DNA from: Mobula birostris
Taxonomy: Eukaryota
Direction: 5' to 3'
DNA: 64,000 bases
Assembly (NCBI RefSeq): GCF_030028105.1
Contig: NC_092372.1
Coordinates: 158,168,058-158,232,057, forward strand
Shown here: positions 50,789 to 62,553 of the stretch, one piece after another
Numbering within the stretch: the first letter of the stretch is position 1
Layout: every line of letters begins with the position of its first letter
The notes under the pieces: generated by a model
Database searches by the model: none
The model's input: only the letters and a program-made list of their open reading frames with translations
Told to the model about the DNA's origin: nothing
Position numbers and translations under genes: made by a program

Positions 50789-52949
50789 GTACTACATAGT
50801 AAGAGGTGAACTGGACCAAAATACTTTGTATTCAGCTCATTAGGTGATTTAAAGTAAATGAGTTTAAATCCTTTGCTTATTTGGTGCCTGTGTGTTAAGT
50901 GATGCCTTGCATTTTTATAACGTTTTCAGCACATTCACAACCCTTCCCAATCTATCGGCCAATGGGAACATCAATTAAGCATAACAACAGACCAAATAAG
51001 TACATTCTATCTCATATGATGGTGTGATGCTTTCAATCGCCTGAAGGAATACTGTCTATCATAATGGTCATGATAAAAATGAGCCTTTCTACTGATGCTA
51101 AAAGAATTCTATGTTATGGATGATAAATTTGCTAATATTTACTTATCCCTCCATAAATCCTGTTTGACCTGCTTACATCCCTGTTATTAATCCTCCCCAT
51201 GGCCTACTTTCTTTGAATTACTTTGATTGTAGATTTATTCACTTCCTTCATGATATACTTTTAAACTCTTGTGAACGGTTTGTGATATAAAAGATATAAA
51301 TCAATAAAGGCAATCACTTCCAGATAATTAATTAACCTTTAGACACCACAGTTTTTGAGATCCAAGTATCTTATGACCTTGTTTGTCTGTCCCGGGAAAT
51401 TTGGATGGAAATTACCTTGACAGTCCTTTTAGTTTCTTCTAGTTTTTGCAGAATAGCTTTCTATATAGCCCCCTTGCTCTCTTTTCATACAGTAGCTTGG
51501 AAAGGTATTATTTACCTTATCTATTTTATGCTTATCTGCTTAACTCATACAGTGCCTATAAAAAGTATTCACCCCCCTTGGAAGTTTTCATATTTTATTG
51601 TTTTACAACATTGAATCACAATGAATTTAATTTGACTTTTTTGACACTGATTAACAGAAAAAGACTCTTCCGTGTCAAAGGCAGCAATTACAGCCTCTTG
51701 TCTGTGTGGATAGGTCTCTATCAGCTTTGCACATCTGGACACTGCAATTTTTCCCATTCTTCTCTACGAAGCTGCTCAAGCTCTGTCAGATTGCATGGGG
51801 AGCATGAGTGAACAGCCCTTTTCAAGTCCAGCCACAAATTCTCAATTGGATTGAGGTCTGGACTCTGACTTGGCCACTCCAGGACATTAGCATTGTTGTT
51901 CTTAAGCCAATACTGTGTAGTTTTCGTTTTAAGCTTGGGGTCATTGTCTTGCTGGAAAACAAATCTTCTCCCAAAATGCAGTTCTCTTGCAGACTGCATC
52001 AGGTTTTCCTCCAGGATTTTCCCTGTATTTTGCTGCATTTATTTTACCCTCCACCTTCACAAACCTTCCAGGGCCTGCTGCAGTGAAGCATCCCCACAGC
52101 ATGATGCAGCCACCACCTTGCTTCACAGAAAGGATGGTGTGTTTTTGATGATGTGTGGTGCTTGGCTTACGCCAAACATAGTGTTTAGTCTGATGGTCAA
52201 AAATCTCAATTTAGGTTTCATCAGACCATAGAACCTTCTTCCAGCTGACTTCAGAGTCTCCCACATGCCTTCTGGCAAACCCTAGCTGAGATTTCATGTG
52301 AGTTTTTTTTTCAACAATGACTTTCTCTTTGCTACTCTCCCAAAAAGCTGCAACTGGTGAAGCACCGGGACAAGAGTTGCTATATGTGCAGTCTCTCCCA
52401 TCTCAGCCACTGAGGCTTGTAACTCCTCCAGAGTTGTCATAGATCTCTTGATGGCCTTCCTCACTAGTCTCCTTCTTGCACGGTCTCTCAGTTTTTGAGG
52501 ACAGACTGCTCTAGGCAGATTTACAGCTGTGCCACATCTTTTCCATTTCTTGATGATTGACTTAACTCTACTCCAAGGGATATTCAGTGACTTGGAAATT
52601 TTCTTGTATTCATTTCCTGGCTTGTGCTTTCCAATAACCTTCTCTCAGAGTTGCATGGAGTGTTCTTTTATTTTCATAGTGTAGTTTTTTGCTAGGATAC
52701 TGACCCACCAGCAGTTGGACCTTCCAGATACAGTTGTATTTTTACTACAGTCAGTTGAAACACCTTGACTACACAGGACTCCAAAACAAGATCTCCATTT
52801 AACCAATTATGTGACTTCTAAAACCAATTGGCTACACCAGTGATGATTTGGTGTGTCATATTAAAGGGGAGGGAGGAATGAATACTTATGCAATCAATTA
52901 TTTTGTGTTTTACATTTGTGATTAATTTCAATCACTTTGTAGAGAACTA

Positions 52950-55750
52950 CAAAGCTGCTATTGTGCCTCCCGTCTCCCCTTCCCCCACTACCACTCTGCA
53001 ACCCCGTCTCCCTCAGATCCCACGGTCAGCTCCTGGGCCCTCAGAGGCTCCATCTTCCTCTTACCCCAACCCTCCCCTCTCCACTGACACCACCAGCCTC
53101 CCCCCTCCCCCCTCTGATCCCACTTTTCATCCACGCCGGGTCTTTACCATCCCCTCTGACCTTCAACTGCCTGAGGCAGAACGCTCTGTCCTCAGTAAGG
53201 GCCTCACCTTTGTTCCCCTTCGCTCACACCTCAGCGAGTTCCGCGCTCGCCATGATGCGGAACTCTTCTTCCGCCGTCTCCGTCTCCAAGCCTACTTCTT
53301 CGGTAAGGACTCTTCCACCCCCACCGATGACCCCTTCTCCTGTCTTCAACCCTCCTCCTCTTCATGGACACCCCGCTCTGGTCTTCTGCCTGCTCTGGAT
53401 CTCTTTATCGCTAACTGCCGACGGGACCTCAACCGTCTCGACTTCACCGCACCTTGTCCCCATTCCAACCTTACTCCTTCCGAATGCTCTGCTCTCCACT
53501 CATTCCACACTAATCCTAACCTTACTATTAAACCTGCCGATAAGTGGGTGCTGTAGTAGTCTGGCATACTGACCTCTACCTTGCCGAGGCACAGCGACAA
53601 CTCGCGGATACCTCCTCTTATTTACCCCTCAATCGTGACCCCACTAAGGAGCACCAGGCCATTGTCTCCCACAACATCACCGACTTTATCCGCTCAGTGG
53701 ATCTCCCATCCACTGCTGTCAACCTTATAGTTCCCACACCCCGCACTTCCCGTTTCTACCTCCTACCCAAAATCCACAAACCTGCCTGTCCTGGCAGACC
53801 TTTTATCTCAGCTTGCTCCTGCCCCACCGAACTCGTTTCTGCATACCTCGACACAGTTTTATCCCCCTTTGTTCAATCCCTTCCTACCTATGTTCGTGAC
53901 ACTTCTCATGCTCTTAAACTTGTCGATGATTTTAAGTTCCCTGGCCCCCACCGCTTTATTTTCACCATGGATGTCCAGTCCCTGTATACTTCCATGCCCC
54001 ATCAGGAAGGTCTCAAAGCTCTCTGCTTCTTTTTGGATTCCAGACCCAATCAGTTCCCCTCTACCACCACTCTGCTCCGTCTAGCAGAATTAGTCCTTAC
54101 TCTTAATAATTTCTCCTCTGGCTCCTCCTACTTCCTCCAAACTAAAGGTGTAGCTATGGGCACCCGTATGGGTCCTAGCTCTGCCTGTCTTTTTGTTGGC
54201 TTGTGGAACGATCTATGTTCCAAACCTATTATGGTATCTGTCCCTCACTTTTCCTTCGCTACATCCACGACTGCATTGGCACTGCTTCCTGCACGCATGC
54301 AGAACTCGTTGACTTCATTAACTTTGCCTCCAACTTTCACCTTGCCCTCAAGTTTACCTGGACCATTTCCGACACCTCCCTCCCCTTTCTAGATCTTTCT
54401 GTCTCTATCTCTGTAGACAGCTTATCTACTGATGTCTACTATAAGCCTACTGACTCTCACAGCTATCTGGACTATTCCTCTTCTCACCCTGTCTCTTGCA
54501 AAAATGCCCTTCTCGCAATTCCTCCGTCTCTGCTGCATCTGCTCTCAGGATGAGGCTTTTCATTCCGGGACGAGGGAGATGTCCTCCTTTTTTAAAGAAC
54601 GGGGCTTCCCTTCCTCCACCATCAACTCTGCTCTCAAACACACCTCCCCCATTTCACGTACATCTGCTCTCACTCCATCCTCCCGTCACCCCACTAGGAA
54701 TAGGGTTCCCCTGGTCCTCACCTATCACCCCACCAGCCTCCAGGTCCAACATATTATTCTCCGTAACTGCCGCCACCTCCAACGGGATCCCACCACTATG
54801 CACATCTTTCCCTCCCCCCGTCTCTCTGCTTTCCACAGGGATCGCTCCCTATGCAACTCTCTTGTCCATTCATCCCCTCCATCCCTCCCCACTGATCTCC
54901 CTCCTGGTACTTATCCGTGTAAGCGGAACAAGTGCTACACATGCCCTTACACTTCCTCCCTTACCACCACTCAGGGCCCCAGACAGTCCTTCCAGGTGAG
55001 GCGACACTTCACCTGTGAGTTGGCTGGGGTGATATACTGCGTCCGGTGCTCCGGATGTGGCCTTTTATATATTGGCGAGACCCAACGCAGACTGGGAGAT
55101 CGTTTTGCTGAACACCTACGCTCTGTCCGCCAGAGAAAGCAGTATCTCCCAGTGGCCACACATTTTAATTCCCGTCCCATTCCCATTCTGATATGTCTAT
55201 CCACGGCCTCCTCTACTGTAAAGATGAAGCCACACTCAAGTTGGAGGAACAACACTTATATTCCGTCTGGGTAGCCTCCAACCTGATGGTATGAACATTG
55301 ACTTCTCTAACTTCCGCTAATGCCCCACCTCCCCCTCGTACCCCATCCGTTATTTATTTATATAAACACATTCTTTCTCTCTCTCTCCTTTTTCTCCCTC
55401 TGTCCCTCTGACTATACCCCTTGCCCATCCTCTGGGTTCCCCCCCCCCTTTTCCTTCTCCCTGGGCCTCCTGTCTCATGATTCTTTCATATCCCTTTTCC
55501 TATCACCTGTCCAGCTCTTGGCTCCATCCCTCCCCCTCCTGTCTTCTCCTATCATCTTGGATCTCCCCCTCCCCCTCCCACTTTCAAATCTCTTACTAGC
55601 TCTTCCTTCAGTTAGTCCTGACGAAAGGCCTCAGCTCGAAATGTCGACTGTACCTCTTCCTAGAGATGCTGCCTGGCCTGCTGCATTCACCAGCAACTTT
55701 GATGAGTGTTGCTTGAATTTCCAGCATCTGCAGAATTCCTCATGTTTACA
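52950..55750 (+). mobile_element. Penelope-like (Neptune-type) retroelement with RT and GIY-YIG endonuclease, frameshifted; 12-bp TSD
   Basis: LSKGLTFVP, IKPADK, FYLLPKIHK, MDVQSLYT, GVAMGTRMGP, RYIHD (decayed YIDD), Cys linker CKRNKCYTC, VIY...LYIGET; TSD tgtagagaacta at 52938-52949 and 55751-55762. Confidence 0.95.
55613..55650 (+). ncRNA. Minimal type I hammerhead ribozyme motif in the PLE pLTR (partly decayed)
   Basis: TAGTC-CTGACGA-AAGGCCTCAGCTC-GAAA-TGTC/GACTG: helix I, CUGANGA core, GAAA and a GUC cleavage triplet. Confidence 0.75.
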
Positions 55751-56882
55751 TGTAGAGAACTATTTTCACTTTGAGACAAAAGAACCTTTTACTGTTGATC
55801 AGTGTCAAACTAAATTCATTGTGATTCAATGTTGTAAAACAATAAAGCATGAAAACTTCCGGGGGGGGGGGAGGTGAATACTTTTTAGAGTCACTGAATA
55901 GTTTGTGACAGATGTCATTATAGCTTAAGAAATAGTAGATGGAGTTGACCAGATCAAAGCCAATCTGAACTTGGCATTTTCTGCCTCACACTCATTAAAC
56001 AGTATTACATAGAGTCTGTCACGGCCTTGAATAAATTCAATGATTTGCCCTCCGCAGCTCTGTGGGTAGAGAATCCTATAAATTCATAATCTATAATCTA
56101 AAGATTCATAACTTCATTTCTGTCTTACATTTGCAACACCCTGTTATTACACTTTGTTCCTTTCCCTGAGTTTTCTCCCCATGATTGGAAACATCCTTTC
56201 AGCATCAGTATCGTCAGAGTGTCTCAGAAACATGCACCTTTCATTGAGGTCTTCCTGGTACAGGGTTTCTCAACTGTTTTCAAGCCATGGACTGATCTAG
56301 CAGATTGTCTTCAGCATCAGCAATACCATTCACTGTTCTTCATTTCTCAATATGTTTTCCTTGGGGCTACCTGGCCTACCTGTGGAAGACTAGGCATATG
56401 GACATAATTTGGTGCCTTGACAGTTCCTGCTCCAAAACAGAAGTATAATTGCATTTCATGATTGTTTACTGATTCTCACATGCAGCATTGTTAATATTTA
56501 TGCTATAACTAATATGTTCCTTAAAAATTTGATTTGTTTCACCATATTTTTAACACTCCTTTCCTTATAAATTCCTGCATGATGGAAGTGGTCTACTGAT
56601 TGCACTTTCTCCTCTGGAGACAGCACAGAGGTCAAGGGTACCTCGCTTTGTTTTATCCTGGCCCCTTACTGTAAATCACTTTGCTTCACAAATTACCAGA
56701 GGTTTTGGGATTAAACTGTTAAGTGTAAATTAAGATAAAATTGTTGCATTTACTTAAGAAAGATATATTTTTTTTTAAATAGCAACCAACTTTTGTCCTA
56801 CATTCTCTAAGCCTTGTTTAAATGAAAATTGTGCCTGACTAGAGTTTTACGTTCCATGAAAGTAGTTAAAAATCTTTCTTAG

Positions 56883-57099
56883 TGTTCCAGATAACCTTGG
56901 TCCAATTTGGAAGGTTCATCTTTGGCACAATAACGGTGGTTATTCTCCTAGCTGGTATGTTACCTCTGTGATTGTTAAGGACGTGCTAATTGGTACGTGC
57001 TGGTTCTTTCCTGCTGAATGCTGGCTTGCGGCAGATGAAGGAGATGGAAAAGTAGAACGAGAACTGGTCTCACTCATCCATGCACCTGGCTTTAAGAAA
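56883..57099 (+). CDS. PKD1L1: PKD1L1 exon, PLAT (VPDNLGPIWKVHLWHNNGGYSPSW...CWLAADEGDGKVEREL...GFKK)
   Basis: ctttcttag| ... AAA|GTAATA; 217 nt, phase 2-0. Confidence 0.95.
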
Positions 57100-57438
57100 G
57101 TAATATATTATTTTTCTAAGATAACTATCAATGTTAACATGTATTGACCTTGCAAATTAAGAATGAAACTTTTGGCTGAATGCATGTTTTGTGACATGAG
57201 TGAATTTAATTAAGACGTAGGAACCTTTGGATTTTAACAAATTGTGACATTTCTGATGGTGTGGCAACTCCGAAATTTGAGTGCTGACTGATCCTAATCA
57301 TAATGCAGTAAAGTCTTAAGCTAGGGTATGCGCTTAATATTCTGGCAACAAATTTCATACACAGCTGAAACTGCTACGATTTTGCTATAAACCATCTTTC
57401 AGCTGATGGTTCAAGGACCAGTGGCGATTAATTTAAAG

Positions 57439-57503
57439 CAGGGGTTCCCAACCTTTTTTATGCCATGGACCAATTTTACTCGGCAAGGGGTTGGTAACCC
57501 CTG
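57439..57503. mobile_element. 65-bp hAT MITE
   Basis: TIRs CAGGGGTTCCCAACC / GGTTGGTAACCCCTG; perfect 8-bp TSD atttaaag; inside an old CR1 fragment (about 57405-57760). Confidence 0.92.
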
Positions 57504-58116
57504 ATTTAAAGTGAGAACAAGCAGATACAGAGGAGATGTGAGGAAAAACTTTTTTTATATTAAGAGTGATGGTGATCTAGAGCTAATGGGTTGAAGGAAA
57601 TTGAGCCATTCAGAGTTTTAAAAGGGGAATCAAAAAAGCACTAGAGAAATAATTAACTTTGTGGCTGTGGGTAACAGCAGGAGGAATGGACTGCATAGAT
57701 TCTTCTCATGGGAGTTGTCATGGATGTATCTGGCCAAGTGTGTTCCTTTGTGCTGTGACAACTTCTTAATTCAACCCACAGTCGCTCTTCTATATGTCAA
57801 AATCATTGACAATCTAATGACAAGTTTCATATTTTGTAACTGTTTAAAATGATGCATTTTTGTTCTCTGCACTAATTTTGTATTTCATAAGCTTTGTACA
57901 GTCAATGAGTTTTCGAGATAATTATACTATGAAAGGTCATAGCTTTAAAAATGTTGAGACATTTAAAAGAGAAAAGGTCATGCATAAATATTGTATTCTG
58001 TGCTTTGTATGTGCAAAATGCCACATGCTGCAAAACCTGATTTATGTTCTCTGTGAAACAGATTTTATTAAAACATTTAATGGTTTCAATTAATGAGATA
58101 TTCTTGTTTTTTACAG

Positions 58117-58290
58117 CTTCTCTATAGTAAACTAACTGAGTATCTGGAAGACTATCACATGTGGGGATCGGTATACAGTCGCCCATCCTATAGCTCTTTT
58201 ACACATACTCAGCGCCTCAGCATCTGCCTTTGCCTTCTGTTGGGTTATATGTGTCTCAGTGCTGTGCTGACCAGCATCAAGAATGAGGAG
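58117..58290 (+). CDS. PKD1L1: PKD1L1 exon, TM2 (LLYSKLTEYLEDYHMWGSVYSRP...KNEE)
   Basis: ttttttacag| ... GAG|GTGAAA; 174 nt, phase 0-0. Confidence 0.94.
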
Positions 58291-58734
58291 GTGAAATATC
58301 TTAGCTAACTTCAATATTCATCTTGCTTTCAAAATTATGATTATGCTGTGCGTTACTATCAGGTGATGTAGTTATATTTTGAAAATGGTGATGAAGCTCT
58401 ACTTTTGGGTTGATCAAAGTCTTTGGAGTCCAATTCAGACCTTTACTAGTCTGATGAATATTTTGATCAAATTGTAAGCTAAGGTAAAAGTTCATCTTCT
58501 GGTGCCTTTATCGCTCGGGGTATTGAGTAAAAATACTGGAATGTCATGGGAAGTATAGAAGTTTGATAAGTCCAACTTGGAGTATTTTGTGCATTTCTCA
58601 TTTACAGGAAAGATGTGGAGGCTTGGAAAGAACCAGGATGTTGCATAGTTTGGAGAGTATTGGTTACGCGGAGAGATGGGACAATCTTAGATTGTTTTGT
58701 CTGGACAATCTGAGAGGCAATACTGAGAGAAGTA

Positions 58735-59633
58735 CAGTCAGCCCTCCTTATCTGCGAGTTCCGCATGCGCGAATTCAAAGCCGCGAATCGAGAAAACCCG
58801 GAAGTGCTCTTCCAGCACTTGTTGTTTGAGCATGTACAAACTTTTTTTTCTTGTCAATGCAGTGTAACAATTATTTACATAGCATTTACATTGTATTAGG
58901 TATTATAAGTAATCTAGGGATGATTTAAAGTATACAGGAGGATGTGTGTGGGTTATCCTGGTTCAGGATCGAAAAAAACCCAGAAGTTCTCTTACTAAGT
59001 AAGTCGGAATAGGTACATCCGGTATTATTTAGCGTCAGTTAGTCAAACCTTTGTCTTAGTATATAGAATATATTTTACCTTTCTATGCATATAAAACCCT
59101 TAAGAAACACATGTTTCAGCGCCGGGCTTGGGAACGGAAGTTCCCAAGTTCAATCCAGTGACAGACCGCTCCCGAGTGCACTCTCCATCCATGCCGGGTT
59201 GATGTGAAGGATCAAAAACCCAAAACCCAATAATTAAACCAATGCATTGCTTAGTAATAATTGTAGCTTTCATCGGGGCAGGGCCTTTCTCACTTTATCC
59301 TTTAAAATTGTTCAGATCGTTGACCGAATGTAGCCTAATGTTTTTCCAATGACTGATGGCGTTTCACCTCTTTCCGAGCGCTTTATTATTTCCACTTTAT
59401 TTTAAATCCCGATCGTGATTATTTTCGTGAACAGAGACACTGCGGATTCAGAGCTCCGCCGCCGGGTCCTAATGTCCACTGCACTGAGACAGGTTAAATA
59501 AGGTCCCGGGTTCCACTGGGTTCTAAGGTCCACTGCCTTGTGACAGGTTGAATCAAGAACTTGAGCATCCGTGTTTTTTGATATACACGAGGGGTCCCAG
59601 AACCAATCAGTCGCGGATAAGGAGGGCCGACTG
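58735..59633. mobile_element. Tigger/pogo-like non-autonomous DNA transposon inserted in a CR1 fragment (about 58460-59975)
   Basis: TA-CAGTCAGCCCTCCTTATCTGCG ... CGCGGATAAGGAGGGCCGACTG-TA; the CR1 reads gagaagTA|TAtaaaattatgaga. Confidence 0.9.
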
Positions 59634-60764
59634 TATATAAAATTATGAGAAGCATAAATAGGGTAGAAAGTCAGAATCTTTTCCTGGGGTGGAAATGTCA
59701 AACACTAGAGGGCATTAGTTTAAAGTGAGAAGGGAAATTTTTGAAAGAGGTCTATAAGGTAGGGTTTTTACACCAGAGTGCCTGGAATGCACTGACGGGA
59801 AGTGGTGGAACCAGGTACGATAGCAAGGTTCAAGAGGCATTAGACAGGCACATGAGCAGGCAAGGAGTAGAGGAATACAGATATGTGCAGACAGATGAGA
59901 TTAGTTTAATTTGGTGTCATTGTTGCTGCTGTAGGGACTGTTCTTATGCTGTATTGAACAATGTAGTGTTCTAATACTAAATGTAAAATGAAGCAGAAAC
60001 TTGATTCCACTGAAATCAATGGAGCTGAATCTTGGAAGTGAACTAAGTCAGTTGCATTTATCCTGCAATACAGCTGCTGCCACTATATTGCAGGTTTAAT
60101 GGAAGTGATTGATGCTGAATTCCAGTAAGTTTTTTTTATTCTTTAGTTTTTATTTCAATGTTTTCTATATTTTTCTTTAAGATATACTATTTTTGTGTCT
60201 TTTCCATTTATCTGCATGTTCTTTGTGATCGTTTTTTTTCCCTCTTTTCCTTTCCCTACACCGAATGATTACTGCTGTATTCCATTAGAGCCTGTAATGA
60301 ATTAGGATGTATAAAACATAGAACAGAACAATACCATGTGGGAACAAACCCTTTAACTCACCACGTCTGCACTGGCCATGAAGCCAATCTAAGCCAATTC
60401 CATCTGGCTGCACATGGTCCAGATTCCCCAATGAACAGTGATAGTACAACATCAACACTATCCTGTGGTCTTGTGCTGCTCCTGAATAAAGGCAGATTGA
60501 ATGGTTATGACCAACGTCTATGTTGCTTTACCTTTATCTTTTCTCCATAACTTAACCATTTTATCTTCACATCTTGTCCTTCCTTTCTGTAAACAAATGC
60601 AAAGTAATAGCACAATTATTAATCTAATATAACTGTTCAGTCAGGTTATCTGCATTTACCTGACAATTTCTCTTTGGCTCCATAATAGGTTTATTTTTGT
60701 CCTCCATCCTATAATTGTCTCATGAATGATTCTTATATTGTTAAATATTTCTTTTCATTTCCAG

Positions 60765-60884
60765 TACACTGCTGAATTGGGTCTCATTGATGTCTCAGCT
60801 GCCTCCTTAGTTACTGGCTTGATTACCACTATAGTAGTTCTGCCAATTGTATTGTTACTATCGTTGCTATTCAGATTTAGCAAG
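60765..60884 (+). CDS. PKD1L1: PKD1L1 exon, TM3 (YTAELGLIDVS...LLSLLFRFSK)
   Basis: ttcatttccag| ... AAG|GTGAGA; 120 nt, phase 0-0. Confidence 0.92.
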
Positions 60885-61699
60885 GTGAGATTATGCATTG
60901 TTTTAAACCTGTATCTTTCATTGTTTAAGGGTATAATAATGGTTTCACCATTTTGATTTAGAGGCAAACTGCACTGCAATTTGTATCAGATTCCAGATTT
61001 TCGTAGAATCTCCAAAATTTGCCTCGTGATGAGACGAAGGGCAAGGTTTAGAATGTTTTCTTAATCTGCTGCATTAATATATGGGCCATATCTTCTGATT
61101 TATACCGGTGCTAATGACAGATGTACCCTCAATTCATGGGGAAGTCTTGATGTCCAATGCAGATGTTGTCCTAACCAACACCTGCCCTGTTACCAGTGCA
61201 ACTGGTTCCCCTACTCAGCGCTAGTCGGCTCCTCAGCAAGTCCAACCAGGCAGTGTGAATGTTCACAGGCTTTCTCCTTCTCAGCCTGGGAAATCTGTAT
61301 GTGGAAGAGTCCCATTAAAACAGACAGAAAAATATCACCTTCCTTTTGGAAGGAGGGCAAATTGAGCAATTTTTGTTCAGTTAATTATGTTAATTTTAAA
61401 TCAGTGATTCCCAAACTTTTTTGGGTTCTTGCCCCCTTGGTTACTAGACTACATCCCCAGTGCCCCTTCTCTCTTTCCGGCCATTACATTAAAACTATAA
61501 AGAATTTTGATTAATGATACACAGTGAAAGAAAACAAGAACTGCAGATTCAAAGCAGTGAGAAATAATTATAAAATTATTCAAATCTATTTACAGCAACA
61601 GCTAAAATTATTTTAAAATTTAATTATAGTAAAAATTTTCATCAACAAGTTTAGAGCAATTTATACAGTACATTAGTAATCCAACTATTTACTACTTTA

Positions 61700-61775
61700 A
61701 AAATGCAAACAACAGGAATTCTGCAGATGCTGGAAATTCAAGCAACACACATAAACTTTTATGTGTGTTGCTTGT
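61700..61775. mobile_element. 76-bp fold-back mini-PLE insertion with a 14-bp TSD
   Basis: TSD tatttactacttta at 61686-61699 and 61776-61789; matches the reverse complement of 55690-55750. Confidence 0.9.
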
Positions 61776-62553
61776 TATTTACTACTTTATTGTTTTTTCA
61801 CCTTTCAATGAGATGGATGGGCTTGGTGCAGTCATATCAGCTTCTCAACATCAGGCTGAATGTCAATCAGAGGGAGGCCTAGATCTCCACGTTCAGTAAC
61901 TTGAAGTCGGTTTTGTTGCTTTGAAAGAAGTTAGGTGACTGCACTGAAACCATGCTCCACTAAGTATGATGTTGGAAATGAAATTAAGAACATCTTGACC
62001 TTTTTCCACAGTGCAAGATAGCATTCCGAGTTTTCTTTCTGCAACCAAATGACTCGATATGATTTCTTTTTGAACCTTAACATCAGGTCAAAGTCAATTT
62101 GTAGCGAGGTCAGTTCTTCCTCCATTCTTCCTGTTAATTCCTCATTACAGGTGCTCAGCAATGGGTTTATTACCCAATCTTGAATTTGGATCAAGGGAAA
62201 TCTCTCTTCCATGTCTTTGTGCAGCTCTCCTAGTAGGCACAGTATTCTTGAAGATCATCATATGGTATTTTTTCAATCTCTTCCAACTCAGAGAGGCTCA
62301 GAAATTGGAAAAGGTTGCAATGGCTAATGGTGCACTTTAGGGTTAACTTGAACAGAAATATGGTGAGGACTGATTTGACTTTAATAAGATCCACATTATG
62401 TCCTTGCATTTGAAGATTAAATTCATTAAACTTTATGAGTAATTCTGACAAATAAGCAATGTCGTACTTAATATTCTTGAGTTGATTACTGAATGAAGCA
62501 TTTGAGTCTTCAGAGAATTTTATCACAGTTTCAAAAAGCACATAAAAGCATCT

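Larger units (their letters stand above)
51550..55896 (-). mobile_element. Tc1 (DD34E) DNA transposon, decayed, split by a PLE
   Basis: TA-CAGTGCCTATAAAAAGTATTCACCCCCC ... GGTGAATACTTTTTAGAGTCACTG long TIRs. Transposase runs 52677 to about 51680 with GGGCIMLWGC, QQDNDPK-(34)-E and SPDLNPIENLW. Confidence 0.95.

Noticed and set aside
52961-55877. Overlapping Pro/Ser/Leu-rich ORFs (203, 167 and 185 aa) as novel genes
   Set aside because: They are alternate frames of the C/T-rich PLE and its pLTR.
60003-60125. Hairpin cctgcaata...tattgcagg as a miRNA or ncRNA
   Set aside because: The stem is short; more likely an old palindromic transposon remnant, and it cannot be supported from sequence alone.
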